Below are positions 53,859-63,345 of a stretch of DNA of 64,000 nt, piece by piece. Where the stretch lies: NCBI GenBank assembly GCA_022827275.1, contig JAJDTG010000010.1, positions 155,641 through 219,640 of the forward strand. Reading direction: 5' to 3'. The translations under genes and the position numbers were made by a program. The stretch comes from Candidatus Dadabacteria bacterium. GTDB taxonomy: Bacteria; Desulfobacterota_D; UBA1144; Nemesobacterales; Nemesobacteraceae. The notes below the pieces were generated by a model, which saw nothing but the letters and a program-made list of their open reading frames with translations, searched no databases and was not told the DNA's origin. The number at the start of each line of letters is the position of its first letter. The stretch's first letter is position 1.

Positions 53859-54816
53859 CAAGCAGTCCGAAAGTCACGGCGTCGCCGTTCTTTCCTTCTA
53901 CAAGTTCGTTGATCTTGACGGCCTCTTCGAAATAAGGGAATCCCTGCTCTCGCTTTGCGGGAAAAACGGCATAAACGGCACCTTCATTCTCGCTTCTGAG
54001 GGAATAAACGCAACCGTGGCGGGCACCCGGGAGGGCATAGACGGGCTTATCGCCTATCTTGAGAGCGACACGAGGCTCTCGGGCGCGCAGTACAAGCTCA
54101 GTTACAACGAGAAAAATCCCTTTCACCGGCTCAAGGTCAAATTCAAAAAAGAGCTGGTCCCCATGGGCGTAAGCGGCATAAGGCCCCAGCGCCTCTCGGG
54201 AAAGCGTATACCGCCCGAGCAGTGGAACGAGCTTATAAGCCGCCCCGACGTGCTTCTTATAGACACGAGAAACGATTACGAAAACCGCGTCGGAACCTTC
54301 AGGGGCGCCGCGAATCCCGAGACGGAGCACTTCAGGGAGTTTCCCGAATACGTGAGGGAAAACCTCGACCCAGCAGAGCACAAGGAAGTTGCGATGTTCT
54401 GCACGGGCGGGATAAGGTGCGAAAAAGCGACATCCTATCTTCTTGAGAGGGGATTTAAGCGGGTGTATCAGCTTGAAGGAGGGATACTTTCCTACCTCGA
54501 GCAGGTTCCGCGCGAGCAGAGCCTGTGGGAAGGGGAGTGTTTCGTGTTTGACGACCGCACCTCTGTCGGCCACGATCTTTCCAGGGGAACCTGGAGTACG
54601 TGCAGGAACTGCAGGGAGCCCATATCTCCTGAGGACAGGGAATCCGAGGGATTCCGGGAGGGGGTATCATGTCCCCGCTGCCATGCGAAGCTTACTCCCG
54701 AGAGGATTTCATCGCTTGAGGAAAGACAGAAACAGATGAGGCTTGCCAGGGAGAGAAACAGCAAACATCTCGGGGCCGTAATAAAAAGAGGGAGTGCGAA
54801 ACGGGCGCAGGGTTAA
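53851..54816 (+). CDS. trhO: Rhodanese-domain tRNA uridine(34) hydroxylase TrhO (YceA/UPF0176)
   Basis: VLSFYKF...GTFILASEGINATVAG is the N-terminal domain. A rhodanese domain with CTGGIRCEKA follows, then a C-terminal Cys cluster. Confidence 0.75.
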   Translation: MGSKQSESHGVAVLSFYKFVDLDGLFEIRESLLSLCGKNGINGTFILASEGINATVAGTREGIDGLIAYLESDTRLSGAQYKLSYNEKNPFHRLKVKFKKELVPMGVSGIRPQRLSGKRIPPEQWNELISRPDVLLIDTRNDYENRVGTFRGAANPETEHFREFPEYVRENLDPAEHKEVAMFCTGGIRCEKATSYLLERGFKRVYQLEGGILSYLEQVPREQSLWEGECFVFDDRTSVGHDLSRGTWSTCRNCREPISPEDRESEGFREGVSCPRCHAKLTPERISSLEERQKQMRLARERNSKHLGAVIKRGSAKRAQG

Positions 54817-56417
54817 TCCCGGGCGTCAAGCTCGTCCTTTAAGATCTTGTAGTCTATGCTGTCGACAAGAGCTTTCCAGCTCGCTTCCACTATGTTGTCG
54901 GAAACCCCCACAGTGCTCCACCTCTTCTCACCGTCTCCCGATTCCACAAGCACCCTTACCACGGAGTCGGTGCCGCCCGACCTTGATACTACCCTTACCC
55001 TGTAATCCAGCAGCCGCAGAGTCTTGAGCCCGGGGAAGAATTTCTCAAGCGATTTCCGAAGTGCCCCGTCTATTGCGCTTACGGGACCTGTTCCCCTTGC
55101 CACCGTGTACTCCGTGACGCCGTTTACCTGGACCTCCGCGGTGGCCTCTGAGAGCGGCTCCTCGTCTCCTTCCCGCTTTTCAACCAGAGTCCGGGTGTTT
55201 TTGAGGTAGAAGCGCTTTTTATAAGTGCCCAGGGTTTTCCTGATCAGCAGTTCAAAGGATGCGTCCGCCCCCTCGAATTCGTAACCCTGGTTCTCCAGGA
55301 CCTTGAGTTCGTTCAGTATCTCGAGGATCCTTTCGTCCTTGGGGTCTATGTCCACTCCCAGTTCCTGGGCCTTGTAGGCTATGTTGGCCCGGCCGGAGAG
55401 GTCAGAAACCAGCACCCGCCTCCTGTTGCCGACGCTTCGGGGCTCTACGTGCTCGTAGGTATCTGAATTCTTCATTACGGCGCTTACGTGAATACCCCCC
55501 TTGTGGGCGAAGGCGCTTTCGCCGACAAATGCCTGCTTCTTGAGCGGGGGAAGATTGGTGAGTTCATGAATAAAATGGGACACGGAATAGAGTTTTTTCA
55601 GGTTCTCTTCGGAAATGGAATTCATCCCAAGCTTTAAGGCGATATTCGGTATTATGGCGCAGAGATTGGCGTTTCCGCACCGCTCCCCGTAGCCGTTCAT
55701 GGTTCCCTGGACCTGGGACGCTCCTCCCCTTACCGCGTAAAGCGTGTTTGCGACCCCGACTTCGCTGTCGTTATGGGTGTGTATTCCGAGGCTCGGGTCA
55801 TCGAACATGCCGTTAACTTCCCTTATGGCGCCCTCGACGTCCCAAGGCATGGATCCGCCGTTTGTGTCGCATAAAACGACAGTGTCGACTCCCGCCCCGT
55901 AGGCGGTCTCAAGAACCTTCGCTGAGTACTCGGAATTTCTCTTCCAGCCGTCAAAGAAATGCTCGGCATCGAAAAACACCTTGTCCACATGGCGTTTGAG
56001 GTACTCGATCGAGTCGTGTACGAGCTCCAGGTTCTCTTCAAGCTCTATTTTCAGGGCCTCCGTGACCTGGAAGTCCCAGCTTTTCCCGACAATCGTCACA
56101 ACCGGGGTTTCAGCCTGCAAAAGTGCCTGTATGCTCGCGTCCTCCCCGCAGCTTTTCCTGGCGCGTCTCGTGCTTCCGAAAGCCGCGACGCTCGCGTTTT
56201 TAAGCCCAAGTTTCTTCGCTTCCTCGAAATACCCCTTGTCCCTCTCGTTAGAGCCGGGCCATCCGCCCTCGATGTAATGCACCCCGAGGTCATCCAGTCT
56301 TTGCGTTATCCGGATCTTGTCGTGTATGGAAAAGGATATGTTTTCCCCCTGGGTTCCGTCGCGCAGGGTCACGTCGTATATTTCAACGGTTCTCGAATTA
56401 CTCATCGGTTTTTCCAA
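54813..56417 (-). CDS. Citramalate synthase / 2-isopropylmalate synthase family (CimA/LeuA-like, about 530-aa type)
   Basis: EIYDVTLRDGTQGENISFS...HYIEGGWPGSN...HTHNDSEVGVANTL show the DRE-TIM metallolyase motifs. A C-terminal regulatory domain is present. Confidence 0.75.
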   Translation of the reverse strand: MEKPMSNSRTVEIYDVTLRDGTQGENISFSIHDKIRITQRLDDLGVHYIEGGWPGSNERDKGYFEEAKKLGLKNASVAAFGSTRRARKSCGEDASIQALLQAETPVVTIVGKSWDFQVTEALKIELEENLELVHDSIEYLKRHVDKVFFDAEHFFDGWKRNSEYSAKVLETAYGAGVDTVVLCDTNGGSMPWDVEGAIREVNGMFDDPSLGIHTHNDSEVGVANTLYAVRGGASQVQGTMNGYGERCGNANLCAIIPNIALKLGMNSISEENLKKLYSVSHFIHELTNLPPLKKQAFVGESAFAHKGGIHVSAVMKNSDTYEHVEPRSVGNRRRVLVSDLSGRANIAYKAQELGVDIDPKDERILEILNELKVLENQGYEFEGADASFELLIRKTLGTYKKRFYLKNTRTLVEKREGDEEPLSEATAEVQVNGVTEYTVARGTGPVSAIDGALRKSLEKFFPGLKTLRLLDYRVRVVSRSGGTDSVVRVLVESGDGEKRWSTVGVSDNIVEASWKALVDSIDYKILKDELDARD

Positions 56418-57636
56418 GATTAAAGGCGTTGTGAAGAGTCCTTACGGCGGTCTCCGTGTCTTTTTCCTCAAGCACACAGGAGATCTTTATTTCCGAAGTG
56501 CTTATCATCATAATGTTAATCCCCTCGTTTGCAAGCGTCTTGAACATGCGCGAAGCCACTCCGGAGTGGGTCTTCATTCCCACTCCCACAAGGGATATCT
56601 TGGAGATAAGGTTGTCGGAGAGCACTTCCTTTGCCCCAAGCTCCCGGGCCATCTTCTCCGAGAGTTCTATTGATTTTTTGAAATCCGACTTGGGTACGGT
56701 GAACGTAAGGTCTGTAAACCCTTCCGTGCTCACGTTCTGAACAATCATGTCGACTACTATGCTCTCGTCCGCAAGCGACGAAAAGAGCCTGGCCGCTATG
56801 CCGGGCTGGTCGGGCACCTGCGTCACGGTGATCTTAGCCTGGTCCCTGTCGTAGGAGACTCCCGATACCACAACTTCTTCCATGGATTTCATAACTTTTT
56901 CCTCATCAAGGACCCAGGTCCCCTCGTCCTCGGGCCTCGGAGTTGACTTAACATGTATAGGCACTTTAAATTTTTTTGCAAATTCAACCGCGCGGGCCTG
57001 GAGCACCTTGGAGCCCAGAGACGCCATCTCGAGCATCTCGTCATAGGAGATCCGGCTGAGCTTTCTTGCGTCGGGACAGACCCCGGGATCCGTGGTGTAT
57101 ACCCCGTCCACGTCATCCTTGTAAAGCTCGCACGCGTCGGCTCCCATCACGGCCGCAAGCGCCACCGCGGTCAGGTCGGAGCCTCCCCGCCCGAGCGTGG
57201 TGAGATTCCCGTCCTTGTCAACTCCCTGGAATCCCGCTACCACGACCGCCTTTTTTTCACCCAGAGCAACACGGATGTTCCTGTCGTCAATCGACTTTAT
57301 CTTCGCCTTGGAGTAAATGTTGTCGGTGGTGATCCTTATCTGGTGTCCCTGAAAAGATATCGCGTCCTGCCCGAGGGATTTTACCGTCATCGCCACGAGG
57401 CCGGAGGATACCTGCTCCCCGCTTGATGTTATGACGTCAAACTCCCTTTCATCGGGGGGGTCCATTATCTCTTTTGCGAGCCCAACCAGCCTGTCGGTTT
57501 CGCCCGCCATGGCGGAAACCACCGCTATCACGTCGTTTTTCTTCTTTTTCGTTGCTACTATGTGCTCGGCTACGCGCCTTATTTTTTCGATGCTAGCAAC
57601 GCTTGTTCCGCCGTATTTCTGAACGACAAGAGCCAT
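56398..57636 (-). CDS. lysC: Aspartate kinase
   Basis: MALVVQKYGGTSVASIEKI...VVSAMAGETD are the kinase motifs. Two C-terminal ACT domains are present. Confidence 0.9.
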   Translation of the reverse strand: MALVVQKYGGTSVASIEKIRRVAEHIVATKKKKNDVIAVVSAMAGETDRLVGLAKEIMDPPDEREFDVITSSGEQVSSGLVAMTVKSLGQDAISFQGHQIRITTDNIYSKAKIKSIDDRNIRVALGEKKAVVVAGFQGVDKDGNLTTLGRGGSDLTAVALAAVMGADACELYKDDVDGVYTTDPGVCPDARKLSRISYDEMLEMASLGSKVLQARAVEFAKKFKVPIHVKSTPRPEDEGTWVLDEEKVMKSMEEVVVSGVSYDRDQAKITVTQVPDQPGIAARLFSSLADESIVVDMIVQNVSTEGFTDLTFTVPKSDFKKSIELSEKMARELGAKEVLSDNLISKISLVGVGMKTHSGVASRMFKTLANEGINIMMISTSEIKISCVLEEKDTETAVRTLHNAFNLGKTDE

Positions 57637-58073
57637 TTTCCCTTACCTGCAACCTTTATTGTTCTCGATTCCTCATCCCCTTGGGGCGGGAATTGGATAT
57701 CAATTATAACAGCGTTTCCCGGTAATACATCCCGCACCTTATCCGCCCATTCCACGACGGAGACGCCGTCACCGTAGAAAAATTCCTCATAGCCCGTATT
57801 CTCGAACTCCGCGCCGCCCGACAGCCTGTATACGTCGAAGTGGAAGAGAGGCACGCTGCCTTCATAGCAGCTCATTATGACGAATGTGGGGCTGTTGGGT
57901 TCCTCCTCTATTCCCAGGCCGCGGGCAAGCCCCTTGGCGAACACCGTTTTCCCCGCGCCGAGATCTCCAGTTAGTCCCACGACGGAGCCCCGTGGTATCA
58001 GTCTCCCCATTATCTCGCCGCAAAGCATAGTCTGCTCGGGTTTGCTTACTTCTAGGAGGAATGCGGGATCCAT
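57579..58073 (-). CDS. tsaE: tRNA threonylcarbamoyladenosine biosynthesis protein TsaE
   Basis: VVGLTGDLGAGKTVFAKGLARGLG...SPTFVIMSCYE...LFHFDVYRL are TsaE motifs. The 3' end overlaps the lysC start by 58 nt. Confidence 0.75.
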   Translation of the reverse strand: MDPAFLLEVSKPEQTMLCGEIMGRLIPRGSVVGLTGDLGAGKTVFAKGLARGLGIEEEPNSPTFVIMSCYEGSVPLFHFDVYRLSGGAEFENTGYEEFFYGDGVSVVEWADKVRDVLPGNAVIIDIQFPPQGDEESRTIKVAGKGKWLLSFRNTAEQALLASKK

Positions 58074-58078
58074 GGGAG

Positions 58079-59635
58079 CTATCTTACCGTGGCGAAATGC
58101 CTTTCCTCCGTCGATGAAATGACGGAGTTTCTAGAGGCGGGGATTTTACGCGATATTTCAGAGGCGGTAAAGCCGGCGGTGCCCGTTTCCTCTAACAGAA
58201 GGTCGGCCGCGTGGCCGTGGAGGAAAACACCGAGCAGGCAGGACTGAAGAGGGTCGTATCCCTGGGCCGCGAGTCCCCCGATTATTCCCGTAAGCACGTC
58301 TCCGGTCCCGGCCGTGGCCATGGCGGAGTTTCCGGTCGGGTTTATGAACACCTCCCCGCCGGGGGTGGAGACGACAGTTCTCGCCCCCTTAAGGACAACG
58401 TAGCATCCGTATTTCTCAGAAAACCGGGTCGAGACCCCGACGCGGTCATCCTGCACCTGTTTTGTTCCTACGCCGCAGAGCCTTGCCATTTCCCCCGGGT
58501 GCGGAGTTATTACCGCGGGAATTTTTGTTTTCCTGAGCACCCCGGGGTCCTTTGAAATTATATTGAGAGCGTCTGCATCGAGCACAACCGGCACTTCGCA
58601 CTGGGTTATTACTCTTTCCAGGAATTTCCCCGTGCCTTTGGATGTCGATATCCCTGGCCCTGCGGCAAGCGCCGTCTTTTTGCCTTCAAGTTCCCTGAGC
58701 ACCTCTTCGTGCGCGTCGGGATGGAAGGTTCCGTTCTTTGAGTCCTTAAGCGAAACGGACATTACCTCCGTTGTCTTTTCCTCGACGGCCGGGAATATGC
58801 TGTCTGGAACCCCCAGGGTCACGAGCCCGCTTCCGGCGCGGAGCGCCGCCTCAGCAGAGAGGACCGCGGCCCCGCTTTTTCCCGGAGAACCCGCAAGCAC
58901 GAGAAGATGTCCGTAGGTCCCCTTGTGGGAATCTGCGGCCCTTTTTTTAATGAGTCCCCGGCATTTTCGAAACGTGAGAAGTTCAAAGGGGAGATCCTCC
59001 CAAAGCGTCTTGGGGATTGTTATGTCCGTTACGCAGAGCTTTCCCGAGTAATCCACTCCGGGGTGAATGCACATCCCGAGCTTAGCCGGGGCGAAGGTGA
59101 CCGTGACGTCGGCCTGCACCGCTGCCCCCAGAGGCCGCCCCGTATCGGCGTCAAGTCCCGAGGGTATATCCACAGAAACGCGCCGGGCGCTCTGGCGGTT
59201 TATGAACTTTATGAGTTTCTCGTAAAATCCTTCCACGTTCCTGTCGAGCCCGGTACCGAAGATGGCGTCGACTATGACGTCTGTGTCCTTTATTCTGGGG
59301 AGTTTTCCGCCGAGCTCTCTTACATCGGCTTCAATCTCGAGAAGCGAGTCGAGGTTCGTTTTTGCGTCACCCCTGTAGCGCTCCTTTTTCTCGGTGATGT
59401 GGATGCTTACCTCCTTTCCCGAGGAAACAAGATGGCGCGCGATTACGAAACCGTCCCCGGCGTTGTTGCCGGCGCCGCAGATAACCGTCATTTTCTTTGC
59501 GGAGGGACACTCGGCGAGTATGACGGACGCCACGGCTCTCCCGGCGTTCTCCATCAGCACGACGCCCGGAACTCCGAATTCCTCAATTGTCCTTCGGTCT
59601 ATCTCCCTTGATATCTGCTTGGTTGAAAGTTTCAT
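58079..59635 (-). CDS. nnr: Bifunctional NAD(P)H-hydrate repair enzyme Nnr (YjeF_N epimerase plus YjeF_C ADP-dependent dehydratase)
   Basis: 518 aa. The N-terminal domain reads VVLMENAGRAV...VICGAGNNAGDG. The C-terminal carbohydrate-kinase-like domain reads GHLLVLAGSPGKSGAAVL...GTGDVLTGII. Confidence 0.85.
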   Translation of the reverse strand: MKLSTKQISREIDRRTIEEFGVPGVVLMENAGRAVASVILAECPSAKKMTVICGAGNNAGDGFVIARHLVSSGKEVSIHITEKKERYRGDAKTNLDSLLEIEADVRELGGKLPRIKDTDVIVDAIFGTGLDRNVEGFYEKLIKFINRQSARRVSVDIPSGLDADTGRPLGAAVQADVTVTFAPAKLGMCIHPGVDYSGKLCVTDITIPKTLWEDLPFELLTFRKCRGLIKKRAADSHKGTYGHLLVLAGSPGKSGAAVLSAEAALRAGSGLVTLGVPDSIFPAVEEKTTEVMSVSLKDSKNGTFHPDAHEEVLRELEGKKTALAAGPGISTSKGTGKFLERVITQCEVPVVLDADALNIISKDPGVLRKTKIPAVITPHPGEMARLCGVGTKQVQDDRVGVSTRFSEKYGCYVVLKGARTVVSTPGGEVFINPTGNSAMATAGTGDVLTGIIGGLAAQGYDPLQSCLLGVFLHGHAADLLLEETGTAGFTASEISRKIPASRNSVISSTEERHFATVR

Positions 59636-59665
59636 GGTTCTCTGGGGCCGGTCCCCCGGATTTGC

Positions 59666-59947
59666 CTATTTTCCCATACCGCCCGCTCCGGTGGGTCTTG
59701 TATCTCCGAGGTCCTCTATATGCGCAGTGATGAATTCCTCGGCGTGATCAAAGCAGAAGTAGTAGGAAAGAAGGGTGCTGCCGCTTCGGTTGACCGTGAT
59801 CAGCTGGTAGTGGCGGCTGCAGATATCCATTCCGCACCTGACGCACTGCTTGATCTGGTTTCTTTCTCCCGAAAGTTCGCATTGCTCTCCTCCGGGACTT
59901 ACGTGATCACACTGGTATATTTCAACTTCTATCGTTTTTACCGACAA
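59666..59947 (-). CDS. Small Cys-rich hypothetical protein
   Basis: 93 aa with several Cys pairs (QCDH...QCEL...CVRCGMDIC). Coding status is uncertain. Confidence 0.25.
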   Translation of the reverse strand: MSVKTIEVEIYQCDHVSPGGEQCELSGERNQIKQCVRCGMDICSRHYQLITVNRSGSTLLSYYFCFDHAEEFITAHIEDLGDTRPTGAGGMGK

Positions 59948-60048
59948 GTGCTTTACCTCCCCTTGGTTTCTTCATTAATTATACAGTTTTGCGTAGGCGT
60001 TTGGTAAATCACACGGATAATTTATAATAGACGGGAAGGATAGAGTTA

Positions 60049-61017
60049 ATGATACATCCAAGACAGGCTTTAAACGGCACATTAAAATATTTCTACATCA
60101 AGGCCACCGGAAGGCCTAAGCTCCTCAATCTTGAGATAACAAAACTTTGCAACGCCCGCTGCGATTTCTGCGACTACTGGCAGACGAAACACGAAGAGCG
60201 CCTTTCTGACTACACTCCCGTAATAAAGAAGATAAACCCCCTCGTCACGGTAATTACTGGCGGGGAGCCCATGATCAGAAAGGATCTTCCCGATATCGTG
60301 AGACAGATAAAGGGATGCTCGATATTCATTTTCACTTCCATGGTCACCAAGGGAGATTTCCTTAACGAAGAGAAAACCGAAGAGCTTTTCGACGCGGGGA
60401 TGGACCAGATTGCCGTTTCCCTTGATTTTCCGGACGAAAAGCACGACACATACAGGGGCATTCCGGGTCTCTGGAAAAAACTTTCGGAAACCCTGCCGGA
60501 ACTGGCGGAGCGGTTTCCCGACAAGAGCCTGGTGCTTAACACCATAATAATGGAAGACAACCTCGACGAGGTGGTTGAGATAGCTAAGAAGGCAAGAGAG
60601 TGGGGCATAGCCATATCCTTCAGTTCCTACTCGGTCATGAAAACCAACAACGAAGACCACTTCGTGAGAAGGGAAGCACTCTCGAAGGTAAGTGACCTTG
60701 TAGAGGAACTGATCGCGCTTCGAAGGAAATGGAAGGGTACGATACTCTCAACCGAGTACTACCTGAGGGAAATCCCGGGCTATTTTGAGAGGGGAAGCGT
60801 TCCCGACTGCCTGGCCGGCATCAATCAGATACACGTTACCCCGAGCGGACACTTGAAACGCTGCTCGGAGATGCCCGTAGCTGCCCACTACAGCGATTAC
60901 AAACCGGATCTTTACGAAAAAACCAAGTGCACTTCCTGCTGGTACAGCTGCAGGGGGGAAACCCAGAGCCCGGCGAACGTCAAGAGGGCTATGGAATACA
61001 TGGGAATCTATATCTAG
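60049..61017 (+). CDS. Radical SAM protein (CxxxCxxC), possibly with a SPASM-like C-terminal Cys cluster
   Basis: The radical SAM motif reads LEITKLCNARCDFCDYW. The C-terminus reads KCTSCWYSCRGE. Confidence 0.65.
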   Translation: MIHPRQALNGTLKYFYIKATGRPKLLNLEITKLCNARCDFCDYWQTKHEERLSDYTPVIKKINPLVTVITGGEPMIRKDLPDIVRQIKGCSIFIFTSMVTKGDFLNEEKTEELFDAGMDQIAVSLDFPDEKHDTYRGIPGLWKKLSETLPELAERFPDKSLVLNTIIMEDNLDEVVEIAKKAREWGIAISFSSYSVMKTNNEDHFVRREALSKVSDLVEELIALRRKWKGTILSTEYYLREIPGYFERGSVPDCLAGINQIHVTPSGHLKRCSEMPVAAHYSDYKPDLYEKTKCTSCWYSCRGETQSPANVKRAMEYMGIYI

Positions 61018-62459
61018 GTTCTCTGCGCTTTCCAGTCAGTCCCGCCCGGACGATCTTCAAGCACGATTCCCTTGGAACTTAGGTAGTCCCTTATTTCATC
61101 GGCCTTTTTCCAGTTCTTTTCCTCTCTGGCCGAGTTCCTCTCTTCTATCAGTTTCTCTATCTCAAGGGGGTCTATGTCCGAGAGGTTGGCGGCGGACTTT
61201 CTTTTCTCCATGTACTCGGCCGGCTCCTCGGAGAGTACTCCGAGCACTCCGCATATTTCCTTTATCTTCTCAAGCGCTAGGGTCGCGCTTTGAGTCTTTC
61301 CCACGGAGTCAAGCGACCTGTTAATCGAGCGTATCAGGTCAAAGAGATTTCCCACCACGTCAGCGGTGTTAAAGTTGTCGCTCATCGAGGAGTGAAAATC
61401 CTCCTCGAATTTCCTGATCGAGCCCTCGAGTGCGGGATCGGAACCCTTGGCTTCCCGCGCCTCCGCGGCTCTCAGCAGGGTGAGATATATTCTCTCAAGA
61501 GCCGCCTCGCTGTCGTACATGCTTTTCTCCGAGAAATCGGCGGGGTTCTGGTAGTGATGGGAAAGGAAGAAAAGCCTTATTGCCTCGGGGGACCATCTCT
61601 TTGTTGCCTCAGACAGCGTGAAGAAATTCCCGAGGGATTTTGACATCTTTTCCTTGTTTATTCTTATCAGGCCGTTATGAAGCCAGTACTTTGCAAACGG
61701 CTCTCCGGAAGCGGCCTCTGACTGGGCTATCTCGTTTTCGTGGTGCGGGAAAATAAGATCCTTCCCCCCTCCGTGTATCTCGAAGTTAGTCCCCAGGTAC
61801 TCCATGCTCATAACGGAGCACTCTATGTGCCATCCGGGCCTTCCGTCTCCCCACGGGCTTTTCCAGGCAGGCTCGCCGGGTTTCGACTCTTTCCAGAGCG
61901 CGAAATCAAGAGGGTCTTCCTTTTCTTCGTTAACGTCTATCCTCACGCCTTCAAGCATGTGATCAAGCGACCTGCAGGAGAGCTTTCCGTAGTCCGGAAA
62001 TTTTCTCACGGAGAAAAATACGTTGTTGCCCGAGCGGTAAGCGAAGCCTTTTTCAATTATTTTCTCTATGAGAGCTACTATCTGCTCCACATGCTCGGTT
62101 ACCCGGGGCTCGATGTCGGGAGTCTCAACCCCTATTGAGGCCATGTCCTCTCTGTATTCCTTTATGTATTTCTCGGATATCTCATCGCAACTTACACCTT
62201 CCTGGTTTGAACGGGTTATTATCTTGTCGTCTATGTCGGTGTAGTTTCTCGCGAACAGCACGTCGTAGCCGGCGTATCTGAGGAATCTCTGTATTATGTC
62301 AAAAGATACGGCGGAGCGGGCGTGTCCCAGGTGGGCTGAGTCATATACCGTGGGACCGCACACGTACATCCGGATCTTGTCTCCTTCAAAGGGAACGAGA
62401 TCTTCTTTTTTCTGCGAGAGAGAATTATAGATTTTTATTCTGGGAAGTTCTTTTTGCAT
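61014..62459 (-). CDS. cysS: Cysteinyl-tRNA synthetase
   Basis: The HIGH motif ([16 protein letters not shown]) and KMSKS motif (KMSKSLGNF) are present, and zinc ligands are conserved. I chose the internal Met ([14 protein letters not shown]). The ORF-track TTG start at 62543 would add 28 aa and is atypical for CysS. Confidence 0.8.
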   Translation of the reverse strand: MQKELPRIKIYNSLSQKKEDLVPFEGDKIRMYVCGPTVYDSAHLGHARSAVSFDIIQRFLRYAGYDVLFARNYTDIDDKIITRSNQEGVSCDEISEKYIKEYREDMASIGVETPDIEPRVTEHVEQIVALIEKIIEKGFAYRSGNNVFFSVRKFPDYGKLSCRSLDHMLEGVRIDVNEEKEDPLDFALWKESKPGEPAWKSPWGDGRPGWHIECSVMSMEYLGTNFEIHGGGKDLIFPHHENEIAQSEAASGEPFAKYWLHNGLIRINKEKMSKSLGNFFTLSEATKRWSPEAIRLFFLSHHYQNPADFSEKSMYDSEAALERIYLTLLRAAEAREAKGSDPALEGSIRKFEEDFHSSMSDNFNTADVVGNLFDLIRSINRSLDSVGKTQSATLALEKIKEICGVLGVLSEEPAEYMEKRKSAANLSDIDPLEIEKLIEERNSAREEKNWKKADEIRDYLSSKGIVLEDRPGGTDWKAQRT

Positions 62460-62719
62460 GTTTTCGGGGAGGTAGTAGCGGGGTTTCCTTGTCCCGCAGT
62501 ATTTTCGAAGGGAAAATTGTACGTATTCATTCCCTAAATTCAAGAGACAAGTTGCTCTTGGGAGCTTTTAACCGGGATTGCTTCACATCCTCTCGAAACC
62601 TAAATTTCTTATTTTGGGGAACATTCGCTAGAATTGTTGCCGACGCAATGGATACATGTATATGCGCTGCTAGGTTGTGAAGGCGCTGAAACTACATAAA
62701 AACTAGAACTTGAACCGAT

Positions 62720-63244
62720 ATGATCAGGTATCCAGCATTGATTGACGGAGAAAAAGGAACCTGCGGAGTTTCCTTTCCGGATATTCCCGGCGTCGTGTCA
62801 ATGGGTGCAACCATGAGCGAGGCGTTGTTAAATGCTCAAGGAGCACTTCTGGACTACGTGATTGAGACGGAGAAAGCTGGAGATGAACTCGTTCCCCCGA
62901 GTTCGATTGAAGAAGTGGAGACCCCTGCCAGCGGTGCGCTCCTTTTAATACCGCTTGACTGTCTTCCATGACATAACGTGCGCGCCAACTTTATGATGGA
63001 TGAGGCTATGGGATTGACAGTCTCCGAAGCGATTCGTCTGTTGTTATTGCGGTTCGCGGAAGAGAAGCAACTGCCATTTGCTTCCTCTCAAAGCAAGCGT
63101 ACCTTCTCGGGAAGGCTCAGAAAAATAAATTTCCAAAAAGCCCTTGCCAAACCGAAACCGTCCGTTAGTATGATGGCTCACCTTAATTTTTCACTTGGAG
63201 TCTGTTTTGTTTTCTTGTTTTTTCAGGTTGACAATTTCCGGTGA
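62720..63244 (+). pseudogene. HicB-family antitoxin split by an in-frame TGA (HicB N-domain at 62720-62968; RHH/DinJ-like DNA-binding domain at 62978-63244 in the same frame)
   Basis: The first segment reads MIRYPALIDGEKGTCGVSFPDIPGVVSMGATMSEALLNAQGALLDYV, the HicB/UPF0150 N-domain. After TGA 62969-62971, the same frame continues …RANFMMDEAMGLTVSEAIRLLLLRFAEEKQLPF, an RHH resembling DinJ/RelB. No hicA lies nearby. Confidence 0.5.
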
Positions 63245-63260
63245 GGAAGTAAGCTATTTT
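63228..63260 (+). promoter_or_regulatory. Candidate rRNA promoter -35 (TTGACA at 63228-63233) with a weak -10 region
   Basis: A perfect -35 hexamer sits about 115 nt upstream of the 16S 5' end. The -10 element is not convincing (AAGCTAT/TATTTT). Confidence 0.25.
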
Positions 63261-63345
63261 ACCCATTTTGAAAACTGATCTTTGAAAATTTAATAGCAGA
63301 TGATAGCGGGCGAACTAGAGCAGTATCCGTAAATTCTTTTAAACT

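Noticed and set aside
62459-62543. TTG start at 62543 for cysS, giving an extra 28 aa (MNLGNEYVQFSLRKYCGTRKPRYYLPEN)
   Set aside because: CysS proteins begin close to the …IYNSL… motif. The extension has no RBS and is not conserved in my recollection. This is kept as a possibility only.
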